Source of the DNA: Octopus sinensis
Taxonomy: Eukaryota
Direction of reading: 5' to 3'
NCBI RefSeq assembly: GCF_006345805.1
Contig: NC_043003.1
Location: 18,104,001 to 18,168,000, forward strand
DNA: 64,000 nt
In this document: piece by piece, positions 24,428 through 37,748 of the stretch
How positions within the stretch are numbered: the first letter of the stretch is position 1
Layout: each line of letters begins with the position of its first letter
Program-made: the position numbers and the translations under genes
Notes under the pieces: generated by a model
Told to the model about the DNA's origin: nothing
Databases searched by the model: none
Seen by the model: only the letters and a program-made list of their open reading frames with translations

Positions 24428-25003
24428 TGTACACACGTACATATATATATACGCACACACACACATACATGTATGTATGCACACATCGCCACTAGAGAAA
24501 ACCCCTCATTGTGGTCGGTTGATCTGCTAGAAATAGCAGCCAAATTTACATCAAATCATACTTTATCGTCTTAAAAATTGAAAAGACAACACTGAATACT
24601 GTCATTATGTACACACACGTACACATATATACGCACATACACAGACACATACGCACACACACACACACATGTATGTATACACACATCGCCACAAGAGAAA
24701 ACCCTCATTGTGGTCAGTTGATCTGCTAGAAATAGCAGCCAAATTTACACCAAATCATACTTTATCGTCTTAAAAATTGAAAAGACAACACTGAATACTG
24801 TCATTATGTACACACACGTATACATACATACGCACATACACAGACACATACGCACACACACACACACACATTCATGTATGTATACACATCGCCACTAGAG
24901 AAAACCCTCATTGTGGTCGGTTGATCTGCTAGAAATAGCAGCCAAATTTACATCAAATCATACTTTATCGTCTTAAAAATTTTAAAGACACACTGAATAC
25001 TGT
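24428..25003. repeat. ~200-bp tandem triplication
   Basis: CATCGCCAC at 24484, 24684 and 24887; units contain a CA tract and a CTGCTAGAAATAGCAGCC MITE-like fragment. Confidence 0.9.
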
Positions 25004-25724
25004 AATCTTGGGTTCTTTACATACAAGAAAAAGAGGATGGTTGTGGCTGGAACGCCTTTGTTTTTGATTGATCATAAGGTCTATCGATCAGAGCTGACCT
25101 AGGGCTAAACAATACACGCATGCATATATGTGTGTGTATGTGTAAATGTCGAACGACGAGAAATGGTGCTCAACGCCGCTTTGGTGCTTAAAATTTCTTT
25201 ATTTGTATATTAAGGCTTAATATGAAACCAATGGTAACCTTATACACACACAAACAACAAGCGAAATTGCTTGGTTGTTTTAGCAAGTTAGAAATTTAAT
25301 TAAATCAACTTCACAATCGGCTTCGTACATAACTATTAATTTTTTTTTCGGGTTATTTAAAATTTCTAACAAGTTTTAAGCGATAAAAAGAAAAAAAGAA
25401 TATTATTTTCACTGCATATTGAGATTATTTCGCTAATTTTTCTCTTTACATCAGCCTTTGAATCGTTAGAAACAATATCAAATAGGTTATCAGTAAGTTT
25501 TAGTCATTTCGCTATAGAACAGCTGTTCTTTGTCGACTTGGCTTCATTTCCTCTTTCACTCTGTAATATATCAGCCAATCTTTAAAAGCAACTGTCATCT
25601 ATTTTATGATATATTTACTACTTTTTAGAGGCAGTTTTACTCCTTTCTATTTTCCCCTTTAAAAATTTTAGCGCCATCTGGAAGACTTCTAATGTGAGAA
25701 TATGTATGTTTGTATGTGTGTTGT

Positions 25725-26080
25725 GTGACTGTGTAGTGAGAAGTTTGCTTTCCAACCACATGGTTTCGGGTTCAGTCCCACTGCATGGCACTTTGGGCAA
25801 CTGTTGTCTTACTATAGCTTCGAACCGACCGAAATCTTTTAAGTGGATTTTGATAGTTGGAAAGTCTTTCATATATGTGTGTACGTGTATGTGTGTTTGT
25901 CCACCACCATCGCTTGAAACTGGTGTGGGTCTGTTTACATCCCCCTAAACTAGCAGTTCAGCAAAAGAGGCCGATAGAATAGGTACCAGACTTTTTTTTT
26001 TAAGTAAAAAAAAAAAGTGCTGGGGTCAATTAAACTCTTGGTGGTGCCCCAGCATGACCGCAGTCCAATGACTGGAAGAA
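25725..26080 (+). mobile_element. SINE family 1 (diverged)
   Basis: GGTTCAGTCCC B-box, CORE-like GGCAAC/AGTGTC segment and CCCCAGCATG tail. Confidence 0.7.
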
Positions 26081-27830
26081 ATTAATGGAATGATATTAAA
26101 TAAATATAGTTACTAGATGAAAAGCAAAATATAGATGTTAAGTGGATATAAAGAAAAAACATTTGTTTGTTTTTTAATGTTTTGAATAGATTTGTTTATT
26201 TCTAACACGCTTCACTCTTAATATTGAGAAATTGTCAGCTTGTTTTGACGTTTTGTTTTGATGAACGAAAAAAAAAATGTTGACTAAATTCTCTGTTACT
26301 ACTACTACCATCACTACGCTAGTCATTCATGTTGAAGGATTTTCGAGGGAACAGCAGAGCAAAGTGGCTCGCTAGTTAGTCTGGGGATGACGGCATAGTC
26401 CCCTTCCTACTGTAATCTGATACCTAAAATCACAAACAGGGGATTTTGGCCAGTGCCTCATGCTCAGACTTTAAACAGCCTGCAACGTCTCTCTATATAT
26501 TATATATATATAAAAAAATACTACTTTCAAGCGACGGCATTATTGTCACTAGCAGTGATAGAAATAGGGGTGGATACGCAGAGGTGAGGTACAGCGCTCC
26601 CCTACTTTCAGCTCAAGGAGAGGGGAGTCAGTGGTGTCTGCTCCTCACCGTCTCAGTCTGGGTTTCTTGGGCTTTAGCGTACCCCTAACTTTTAATATTC
26701 ATTTTTGGTGGAATTGTGGTATAAGCTTCCCATATAAAACAATCGTAACTTTTTGACTTTGGGAAATTTATGAAGTTTTTTTGCGATTGTATGTTCTACA
26801 CACGGGAATTCATACGATTACGAAAAAAAAAAAGAAAAAAATTTTGTCTGCTTTAAGGGCGATTTAGCTGTTGCTTTTAGCACATCTCACGACCACCTGA
26901 TACCTTCCATATTTCTTTGTCATTTTGACATGTATTGATGTTTTTCAATATGTTTCTCCTCATGAACACATTGTATGTAATGATGATGCACCCAAGAGCA
27001 ATTTCTTGCTGGAATTTAAGCAAAAATTTCAGACTCCATATCTTAGACTGATTCTTTTTTTTTAATTCGAAAAAGAGTAGAACTTTTAGGATTTATGGGT
27101 GGGTGGGGGATCAAAAAAAGGTTGGGTTATTTTTTCATAATCATATGATTCTTGTGTGTAGTACACAAATTCACAAACATTTTCTGAAAATTCCAAAAAA
27201 TAGAAAAGGCTATGAGGGGTTTATGGGGTCCTTAAAACCAGAATTCTGCCCATTTTTATTACAGGTCATGATATTGTAAACATTTGAAATATTGTTTGTT
27301 TTTTTTCATTTTACAACCATAAATATTTGTCTGTTTCTTTTCCACATAACTCCACTCACAAATTTGCAGCTGTTTGAAATAAGAGCTTTCGTGGTTGACA
27401 CAAGGATTTTTGTTTGTACTCAAGTTTCTTCGTTCTAGTTTCAACATTCAAATCTAGCTAATGTTGACATTCATTTTCGTCCCTTTCGTGTTTGTTGATT
27501 TAATCAACGGTAACCTCTCCCCCCTCAAAATATATGCCTTTGTGCTTCTATTAGAAATCAATTTTGTTTGGAACAACAAGGAAGTCTTAACAATTATGGT
27601 ACTGCTCGTGGGAATAGTACATGAATAAGAATTATTCTTTCTCTGTGTACTAAAGTTCAAGTCCTACTGATGTCAACTTTGCTGTTAATCATTTCACAAT
27701 TAATAAAATAAAGTACCAGTCAATTGCAGAAATGAAATAAAATGTAATTGATCATAGATCATATCACTATCATCATTTAACCATTTTGTTGCTATATTTT
27801 TGTTAAGATGCTCTGTTTTTTTCAATTAAA

Positions 27831-28207
27831 CTATATATATAAAGCTGAAGTTGTCTGTGTATGGCAGGTTTGGTAGCCTTCAACTAACACTATCTCCTCT
27901 GAGATCCTGCGGCGCAAGTTGACCAAAATTAAGAGTATGATAGAAGGCTTGCTCTTCATTTCGTAGAAGAAAAAATTCAAATCAGACCATGTTAACACCA
28001 AAAATTATTAACATCAAAAAGATGCTTTTTTTCTATGAAAATCCCTATTTTTTACGATTTTTTTTACTACAGTGTCGCCATTTTTCAGTGTATTTCGACC
28101 AGAAAAATGTTCACTTAAAGAGAATAACAAGCTACATAATGCAAAATTCTTACTTTTCAAAAATTCCAATTCTAAAGGACCGAAACAAACCCAAGCAACG
28201 CTGCTAG
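27831..28207 (+). mobile_element. Non-autonomous Helitron (3' hairpin partly deleted)
   Basis: Closely homologous to 46389-46746; ends in CTAG followed by T. Confidence 0.7.
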
Positions 28208-29109
28208 TTTTAAATATAACAAAGAATTTAATAAAATAACCTAGTTATCGTTAAGCTAGTGTTAGGAACATAAATTGTGACTAAGGTTTGGTGGAAGATT
28301 TTAATTCAGAACTTTTGAAAACAAGACAGTTGTACTACAGAACCAGATGCGGTTTCAGATGGATTGGTATCAAAAGAGTTAATATCCACTTTTTTTATAC
28401 TTACATGGATCAGATGGAATTTGTCAAGGCAATTTTTTTACGACCAGATGCCCTTCCTGTCAGCAACCCTCACTTGTTTCCCAGCAATGGTAATATTTTC
28501 CACTGGCCAGACATGTTTTCACAGAATACTGGAAAGGAATGTTACAATTTGTATGATAGTGACAACCACTTTACAGCTACCATGCAATATCATGACATGG
28601 AGACACAAAACTCACACATACATACACACACAGTCACATATATGGCATGGTTGTGTGGTAATAAGTTTTTTCCAATCACATGGTTCCAGGCTCAGTCCTA
28701 CTGTGTAGCAATTTGGCCAAGTGTCTTCTACTATAGCCTCGAACCGATTGGATTTGGTTGATGGAAACTGAAAGAAGCATGTTGTATTGTTCTCAAGATC
28801 GTGCTACACCTTGGTCACGATCTAATGATTGAAATCTAATGAGTGAAACAAGTAAAAGATAATAAATAATTACGTACACACACACACATGTGTGTGTATG
28901 TATTTATATGTGTGTGTGTTTGAAAGTGCACTACTAGCAGAGTGAATGGGGAAAGTTTGGTTTGCAATGTTTGTAGTCGTGTATGCTTGTCAAGAGCAGG
29001 GCTCATTAGCCACCACCGGAGGCGCAAATGCAAAATATAAGTTAATCCTAGAGCATACAATGTTCCTGAAGGTCAGCAATGGTCTTCCTCAATCACAAAT
29101 GTGCAGCCA

Positions 29110-29610
29110 TCATACACACACATACACAGAAGCTTCTTTCAGTTTCTGTTTACCAAATTCACTCGTGGCTGTGTGGTAAGTAGCTTGCATACCAACCATA
29201 TGGTTCTGGGTTCAGTCCCACTGCGTGGCACATTGGGCAATCAAATTCTTGTGAGTGGATCTGGTAGATATGTATGTATATATATATATGTATGTGTGTA
29301 TGTGTTTGTTCCCCCAACATCGCTTGACAGCCAATGCTGGTGTGTTTACGTCCCCGTAACTTAGCAGTTTGGCAAAAGAGACCGATAGAATTAGTACTAG
29401 GCTTACAAAGAATAAGTCCTGGGGTTGATTTGCTCAACTAAAGGCAGTGCTCCAGCATGGCCACAGTCACATGACTGAAACAAGTAAAAGAGTAAAGGCT
29501 TTCGTCAACTGTCTGCTGTAGAAGGACACTTGCCCAATGTGTAATGCACCAGAACTGAACCCAAGACTTCATGGCTGGAAAGCTAGCATCTTAACCATAC
29601 AACCACGTCT
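29110..29610. mobile_element. Family-1 SINE (+, ~29166-29500) nested in an antisense family-1 SINE
   Basis: The minus copy is split between CACTC and AAGGCTT. Confidence 0.65.
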
Positions 29611-30666
29611 GCACCTGTATATCTGCTCGATAAAGGTCAAACCTGGGGTTAAACAAAAATCAGTAACTAAGTTTGTGTTTGCAAGTGTTTGTGTGTGTGA
29701 TCCATGGACGTTACAAAGAATGTCAGAGAGAGAATTTGTCATATTTCTCATATGAAGTTTACAAATGGCCACTTCCTCACTTCACTTAAATTTCAGTCTG
29801 TATATTGTATTCAATGTTAATTTAAATGCTACAAATGTGAAATAGGTTTAATTTTGGAATGTTGTTAAATGGTATATTTTTGTATACAGTACATTTACTG
29901 TTGTTTTTAAAGTGTTGCTTTATTTTCAAACAGTATTTATTTCATTGCTTGAACTGGGTGAATATGTTTCAATTTTGTTTGCAATTATACAAGTTAGAAA
30001 AAAAAAAAAAAGTCACTTGATGAGGCTGTCTGCACAATTAGTTGATTAAAAAATTCCATAATGAGTGCTTATAAATCATCGTCATTTAACGTCAACTTTC
30101 CCATGCATGTATGGGCCGGGCAGAGTTTATTTGAGACAGATTTTTCTATGGCCAGATGCCCTTCCTGTTGTCAACCCTCCTCTTCTTCCAAATAAGGTAA
30201 TATTTCCCTCATAGCCAGACATGCTCTTGCAGAACATTGGAAATGAATGACACTGCTTGTATACCAGTGACACTCCTTTACAACTATCACACCATGTCAA
30301 GGCAGGAAGACACAAACATACACTCGCATCCACACACATATACATATTTATATACACACTTATACACACATATGGGCTTCTTTCAGCTTCCAGTTACCAA
30401 TTGCACTCATAAAGGTTTGATCAACCCAGATAAGTGTTGAAGACACTTGCTAAAGGAAGGAGCCACAAATTGGGACTGAGTCCAGAACCATATTATTGGG
30501 AAGCAAACTTTTTACCACAGCCATGCCTGCACCTTAAAAAAAAAATCTTAAGAAAACTAGCAAGGGAGATAACTCCAGTAAGCTCAATTAATTGACATTT
30601 TTGGATAATATAGAAAATGCAAGGAATGCCAACACAAAGTTCAGTTTTTGTCGCAGTGTAGTAGCT

Positions 30667-30938
30667 TGTGTACCTTGTGACCCCGAGAGCTATGCTAGCA
30701 AAGTGCAAGCTCCTCATAGGGCCTTCCATATAAGACAGGTCAAAGGGTAGAGGCTAGACTAATATGGACCATCTCTTCCAAGAAGCAAAGATGGGTTTGT
30801 ATAGGGCCAACACCTCTGCCTCAAAGAAAAGAAGCAAAGTTACAAAAGCATTGATAACAATTCCAAAGCAGGGTCAAAAACAGCAGAAAAAAAGTTGTCA
30901 ATGGCCTTTGCTCCATACGGAATGGTGTAAGTAAGTAA
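30667..30938 (+). mobile_element. Bipartite non-autonomous RTE derivative (5'UTR-like part joined to 3' end, (TAAG)n tail)
   Basis: GACCCCGAGAGCTATGC...CAGGTCAAAGGGTAGAGGCTAGAC resembles RTE 5'UTRs as I recall them. The 3' ATGGCCTTTGCTCC matches GTGGCCTATACTCC at the 3' end of the RTE at 33760. Confidence 0.5.
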
Positions 30939-31760
30939 TGTGTGAGGGAATTTGGTCTTTAAAGCTAGATGGTGGAAACAATGGGTATGTTTCAATCTTA
31001 TTAGATCTCTTCAGGAAAATATTCTACTTAATCAGCAAACTAAGAGTGTTCAGGATTATATTCTTTGTATTGACATTGCATGATGGCTGTAAATGAGTGT
31101 CAGTTCTTACAAGTGGTGTCATTCTTTTCCAATCTTCTGTGAAAACATCTGGTCATAAGGAAAATATTACTTTGCTTGGAATCAAATGACGGTTGGTGAC
31201 AGGAAGAACATCCCACCTTTGAAAATCTATCTCAACAGATTACATCTGACCCACACAAGCATGGAAAAGTGGATGATGTGATGGTGGTGGTGGTATTTAG
31301 GTAGACCTTGGCATGAAGCCATATACTTGTGGTAAGGGTACAGGACACCAAATCAAACACACAGTTTCAATGGTAATCATTATAGTGATCCTAAAGGCAA
31401 CAAGCCAGCAAAATCGTTAGCACATTCTGAGTTCAAATTCCGCTGAGGTTGACTTTGCCTTCCATCCTTCTGGGGTCAATAAAATAAGTACCAGTTGAGC
31501 ACTGGAGTCAACATAATCCATTCCCCCACTTCCTGAAATTGCCAGCTTATACTAATAATATATATTAAAGGCATATATATGGAATGGCTCGAGCAGTAAC
31601 TGAAATATTTAAAATTACAATACATAGATGTAAATATTTTCTGTATACTTTCATTCTATTTATGGTATGTTTAACAAAGCCTAAACCTTGATAATATTTT
31701 GTTATTGTTCAAGAATGTAACTTCATACACAGTTACATATGCACATAGCCACATACACAG

Positions 31761-31800
<40 letters not shown>

Positions 31801-31864
31801 ACAGACACGTGTATGTGTGTGTGTGTGTGTAATATATATATATATATATATATACATACATACA

Positions 31865-33130
31865 CAGGGTGCGTAAGGTATTTGAGGACATACTTTTTGG
31901 GGGTCATTGCTGTATATTTTGCTAACTTTGTATAATCTTTGTTTCAGAAAATAATAATGGCAGACCCTCAACTTACTCAAGAAATGAAGAGGCATGCTGT
32001 TATTTTGGTTATAAAGGCAGAGCATAGCACTTTAGAAATATCTCGATTTTTAAAAGTTGCCAGATCTTTCATCTACAAACTTTGTAAGGAGCTAGAGACT
32101 GAAGATAAAAACGCATCACTAGTATCAAAGCATAAAATGCATTCTAAATGCTCTGAAATCATCAGAATACCTGAATTTATCCAGCAAGTTCAACAGACCA
32201 TTGATTACAATCCCAGAAAATCCATGAGGTCAATTGCAAAATATCTCCATGTGTCAGAAGGAACAGTCAGAAATGTTGTCCACAAAGACATCAGATATAA
32301 GTGTTATATGATGAGTAAAGGTCAGTTTGTCAGAAAAAGCAAAAGAAAATCACTACATCAGATCTAAAAGACTCTTAAACAAACCGAAAAATCCAGCAGA
32401 AGATTTGATTTGGCTTTTCTCAAATGAGAAAAACTTCAACCAAGATCAAAAAGTTAACAGAAGAAATGACAGATGGTTATGTGCAGACCCTTCTGAAGTT
32501 CCAAGTTTTATGCATACAAAATTTCCTGCAACTGTCATGGTTTTAGGGGTTGTCAACAATGAAGGACATGTGATGTCTCCTTACTTCTTTCCATAAGGCC
32601 TTAGAGTTAACTCTGCCACCTACATTGAGGTTCTGGAAATAATTGTTAAGTCCTGGATAGACAGTGTATGCGATGGAAGGCCATATATATTTCAGTAAGA
32701 CTCTGCACTATCACACATGGCTCTAGTTACACAGGAATGGATGGCTGAAAGTTTTCATCATCACATAAGCCCTAACATTTGGCTTCCTAATTCCCCAGAT
32801 CTCAATCCAATGGACTATCACATGTGGAGCATTGTTGATAGAGAGGTCAATGAACATGCCCATAACACCAAAGATTCTTTGAAAGCTGCTATAATGAGAG
32901 GAATGTCCCAAATGAACCAGAACCACTTGATCCAAGCATGTAGATGATTTAGATCTCATACAGAAGCAGTTGTTGAAATTGAATGTAGCTTTACTGAGTA
33001 ACATTATAGAAAAGAAGGTTTCTTTTTATCCTCATAGCATTTTTTGATAAATAAAGTTATTATCTGTTATTAATTATATATCTGTTTTTTTATAAACATA
33101 AATTTGTCCTCAAATACCTTACGCACCCTA
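31865..33130 (+). mobile_element. Full-length Tc1/mariner element, DD37D (maT/mori) family
   Basis: Perfect 25-bp TIRs at 31866-31890 and 33105-33129 (AGGGTGCGTAAGGTATTTGAGGACA); 1.27 kb; flanked by TA-rich sequence. Confidence 0.95.
31957..33001 (+). pseudogene. Disrupted DD37D transposase
   Basis: HTH-like N-terminus and FS(N)EKNF motif. There are 37 residues between the D of Q*DSA (32699) and the D of SPDLNPMDY. Frameshift near 32327; stops at 32594, 32696 and 32945. Confidence 0.93.
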
Positions 33131-33132
33131 TA

Positions 33133-33194
<62 letters not shown>

Positions 33195-33759
33195 ATAGCT
33201 AGATAGATAGATATACATATGTGTGTGTGTATATATATATATATATACATACACACACACACACACACGTATTCTCTATAAAATCAGAAACAGGAATAAG
33301 TGAAAATTTTGTCAATATAATTATCAGGTAGAAAGAAAAATGAATATTAGTGCCATTACTAATTTTTTTTACATCATGAGTTTATACGGTCCAATGTTAG
33401 ACTATTTTGTATAGTCAATATATACAGTCAAACCTTATGATTATAGTTACAATATATAAATAGATAGATACATTGTCCAGTGTTCAATCCCAACACGTGC
33501 TATTTTCAGGATGTTGACGACAAAATATGCAGTCGCACAAAATGACAGCTTCCAAATCCTGTTTCCTGACTGAGTGAAAATGTTTAAACTTTAAACCTCT
33601 ATAATTTTTTTAAAAACATTTTTCTGGAAAAAATGAAATAAATCCAGCAATTCAGTTTGGGCAAGTGCCAAATTTTTTAATTTTCAGTAAACTTAAATTT
33701 TTGAAGTGCTGGCAGCCAAACCAATAAGATCCAAAAATTAATATATTATACTACAGTCT

Positions 33760-34196
33760 CCTTTATTTTCCTGCCTTTAACCCTCCAAAGCGGAGTATAG
33801 GCCACTTATAATTGAATTCCATGTCGCATAATTTTTCGCTTCTGTACTTATACTCTGCCCTGAATGTCCCCCTTTCTCTAGTTCCTTTTGTGTTGATCTA
33901 CCCCACGAGTTCTTAGGCCTACCTTTCTTTCTATATCCATCTGGATTCAATTGTAAAGCACTTTTCGCTACATTTGGTGTGTCTTTTCTAATTGTGCTAC
34001 CAATCCACTTCTAATTTTTCTTAAATATTTGCTCCCTAATCGAAACTTGATTTGTTCTTTGCCATAGCTCCATATTACTTATGTATTCGGGCCATCTAAT
34101 TTTAAGTATACTACGCAAGCATCTGTTGATGAATGATTGTATTTGCTTATTTGACTTAACTGTTGTTCGCCATGTCTCAGCCCAATACAATAACAC
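33760..34196 (-). mobile_element. RTE (BovB-like) LINE 3' fragment
   Basis: LLYWAETWRTT...FINRCLRSILKIRWPEYISNMELWQRTNQ, then in another frame WIGSTIRK...NPDGYRKKGRPKNSW. Confidence 0.88.
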
Positions 34197-34204
34197 CGCT
34201 TTTA

Positions 34205-34715
34205 CATCATCATCATCGTTTAACGTCTGCTTTCCATTCTAGCATGGGTTGGACAATTTTGACTGAGGGCTGGCGAATCAGATGGCTGCATCAGGCTCCA
34301 ATCTTGATCTCACAGAGTTTCTACAGCTGGGTGCCCTTCCTAATACCAACCACTCCGAGAGTGTAGTGGGTGCTTTTACATGCCACTGGCATGGGGGGGG
34401 GCAGTCAGGTGGTACTGGCAACAACCTCGCTCAAATTTTTCTACACATGCCACCGGCACAGGTGCCAGTAAGGTGACGCTGGTAACGATTACGCTCAAAT
34501 GGTGCCTTTTACGTGCCACCAGCACAGAAGCCAGTTAGCCGCTCTGGCAACGATCATGCTCGGATGGTGCTCTTAGCACCCTACTAGCACTGGCACGGGT
34601 GCCAGTAAGGCAACGCTGGTAACGATCACACTCGAATGGTGCCTTTCATGTGCCACTGGCACGGAAGCCAATTAAGCCGCTCTGTCAATGATCTCACTCG
34701 TATGGTACTCTTACT
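34205..34715 (-). mobile_element. RTE-type 3'UTR fragment with (GAT)n tail
   Basis: Same family as 18563. Confidence 0.75.
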
Positions 34716-35339
34716 TTAGTGTTAAAAATCATTTTTATGCTAGTTTATGCTAGTTCATAGATGTGAACATCAAAACAGTGGTGGTGATGGTTGTGGTGGT
34801 AACAGCAGCTCAGTCCTAAAACCACATCTGATGTCACCTAAATCACATTATCTTACTAGTTTTTGACCTAGTATTTTACTTAGATTATTTCATGTTAAAA
34901 CCATGTTTATTCATTACTTTGTTTACTCAATGGTGGTGGTGGTGGTAGAGATGGTAGCAGTAGCAGTGCTGCACTTGATGAAAAATGGTGGCAGTTTGAA
35001 ATTCCTCTCAGCCAAGCTAAATGTTATTAATACTTACAAAATCAAAACACGGCTCCAACCGCTTACAGCAAGCGAGCTGTATCTATCTATCTATAGCCTA
35101 GTAGCATTATTTAATATTTACAGCTTAACTGGACTGAGTCAGCAAGATTAATGTTTGTGGACCAAGCAGTAGTAACAAAATACAAACTCCACTACAACCA
35201 CCACCACCTCCTCCACCATACCACTTCCTCCACCACCACCACCACCTTCCAACTGATAATCAGAGACACCCTATCAAACAAACCAGCTGTGACTCTCTTT
35301 ATATTAGTTGAAAGGAGCTCAAACATATGTGATCTTTTA

Positions 35340-35542
35340 CTCTTTTACTTGTTTCAGTCATTTGACTGCGGCCATGCTGGAGCACCGCCTTTAGTCGAGC
35401 AAATCGACCCCAGGACTTATTCTTTTTGTAAGCACAGTACTTATTCTATCGGTCTCTTTTGCCAAATCGCTAAGTGACGGGGACGTAAACACACCAGCAT
35501 CGGTTGTCAAGCAATGCTAGGGGGACAAACACAGACACATAA

Positions 35543-35575
<33 letters not shown>

Positions 35576-35746
35576 CATATATACGAGGGGCTTCTTTCAG
35601 TTTCCGTCTACCAAATCCACTCACAAGGCTTTGGTTGGCCCGAGGCTATAGTAGAAGACACTTGCCCAAGATGCCACGCAGTGCGACTGAACTCGGAACC
35701 ATGTGGTTGGTAAGCAAGCTACTTACCACATAGCCACTCTGGCGCC
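35340..35746 (-). mobile_element. SINE family 1, full length with TSD
   Basis: 14-bp TSD TATGTGATCTTTTA at 35326-35339 and 35747-35760. Confidence 0.92.
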
Positions 35747-36341
35747 TATGTGATCTTTTAGAATCCTCCCTGTTGGTGCTCTACCGCCGCTGTATTCTTT
35801 GTGTATACAAGAAGCTGGTTAAATTTACCAAGTCTGAAACAGGAAAGCAATTGAATATTCAAGTGTTTCCTCTCCATCTCATCATCTCACTGGATGTGGT
35901 GCACATATCTTAGAATGATCTAAGCACAAAGTAAGAGACATTGTAATGACCACAAGTGACATACATATATATATATATGTATATATATCCTGTTACTCTT
36001 TTACTTGTTTCAGTCATTTCACTGTGGCCATGCTGGAGCACTGCCTTTAGTTGAGCAAATCGCCCCCAGGACTTATTCTTTGTAAGCCTAGTACTTATTC
36101 TATCGGTCTCTTTTGCTAAGTTACGGGGACGTAAACACACCAGGGGGGGACAAACACATACACACACACACACATATATACGACAGGCTTCTTTCAGTTT
36201 CCGTCCACCAAATCCACTCACAAGGCTTTGTTCAGCCCGAGGCTATAGTAGAAGACACTTGCCCAAGGTGCCACACAGTGGGACTGAACCTGGAACCATG
36301 TGGTTGGTAAGCAAGCCACTTACCACACAGCCACTCCTACG

Positions 36342-36383
<42 letters not shown>

Positions 36384-36394
36384 GGTATGTAGAA

Positions 36395-37231
36395 AAATAC
36401 AACATGGACAAGAACGTATAACTCTTAGAAGACGACACAATAAACACGGACAGGACACTCGAAACCCTCAGTCTTCAGTCAAGAACCGGATCATCGTAGT
36501 AATTTCGGCTGATTAATCTTGAGATTACTAGATCACGGCCAGCCCTCCAAGAGAAACGAAGCAACGAGCATTAGAAAAACTAAGCTGGAAGCGTAGATTT
36601 CCTGGAAGAAGGATCGAATGCATACGAACACCAGGACAGCAAAAGGGACAGATATAAAAAAAAAAAAAAAAAAAAACAATAATGGAATACAGAAACATGA
36701 AATACAGAAGCATTAACGGTGAAAACAACAAGTGTCTTACGACTGATAACAAGCAAACAAATTTTTTCTCTGGCGCATTGGAAGAAGCCTTTATAGCGGC
36801 GGACGAAAAACAACGATGTTAACATGACGAGGGTCAGGAGCTGAAAGGCAGATTTCGGCCAACAGTCACGTGACAGAGAAGAGGGAAAAGAAAAGAAAGA
36901 GAAGCAAAGGAAGAGAGAGAGAGAGGAGGGACAAACGCAACAAAGAGAGAGAAGAGAGAGAAAGAAGGAATCAGAGAGGAGAAGGGATGGGTGTCGAAGA
37001 ATGACCTGTGAGTGCAGAGCGAGACAAAGAAATAGGAGGGTAGTGGAAGACTAGACCAAGAATCAGAGGAAAGAGAAGAGAAAAAGAGGATGAGTAGAGA
37101 GAAAAGAGAGAGAGGGGGACAGATCAAGTAAAAATGAGAGAGAGAGAGAGACAAACAGAGAGTCGTACCAATTATTAAGAATATGTGCTCACATTAATGA
37201 TAAGGGGGGTACGGGGCGCCTGGAATATATG
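36395..37231 (-). mobile_element. Unclassified ~840-bp retroposon/LTR-like element flanked by a 15-bp direct repeat
   Basis: TTAAGGTATGTAGAA at 36380-36394 and 37232-37246. The terminal ~120 bp is homologous to 56530-56697. Internal GTCACGTGAC and TATAAAG on the minus strand. Confidence 0.5.
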
Positions 37232-37713
37232 TTAAGGTATGTAGAATATATATATAATTTATATATCTTGTGTGTACATGTCTGACTACTTCTGTACAAG
37301 TTCATGTTCTACATTAATCATTATCCGGTCTATAATACAATGCAGTATAGTGTTCCCCTGAGGACCATTGCGGTTAGGAAACCAAATGCACTTAGGACAC
37401 CGAATGCTAAGTTCCAAATAACTGCAATGGTAAACTCTGTGTCAGAACTCTATATTTATACTAGTGTTTATTCTAATTTCCACTATGTGTGTGTGTGTCA
37501 ATAAAGTGCTTATTGCCTATATTTCCCTCCTTTCTGTTAGGAGGCACAAGCACTTACACCCACAATGGTAACTTCTGCCTACTAAATCCACTCACAAGGC
37601 TTTGGTCGGCCTGAGGCTATAGCAGAAGACACTTGTCCAAGGTACTGTACAGTGGGACTGAACCCAAACCATGTGGTTGAGAAGCAAGCATTCTAACCAC
37701 TCAGCCAAGACTA

Positions 37714-37748
<35 letters not shown>

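Noticed and set aside
26566-26686. MITE with AGGGGT..ACGC / GCGTACCCCT ends
   Set aside because: The TIR match needs a 4-nt gap and there is no clear TSD.
30985-31016. Minus-strand CTGAAGA-GATCT-AATA-AGATT-GAAAC motif
   Set aside because: Stem II is plausible but no stem I closes. It could be an old remnant but is not supportable.
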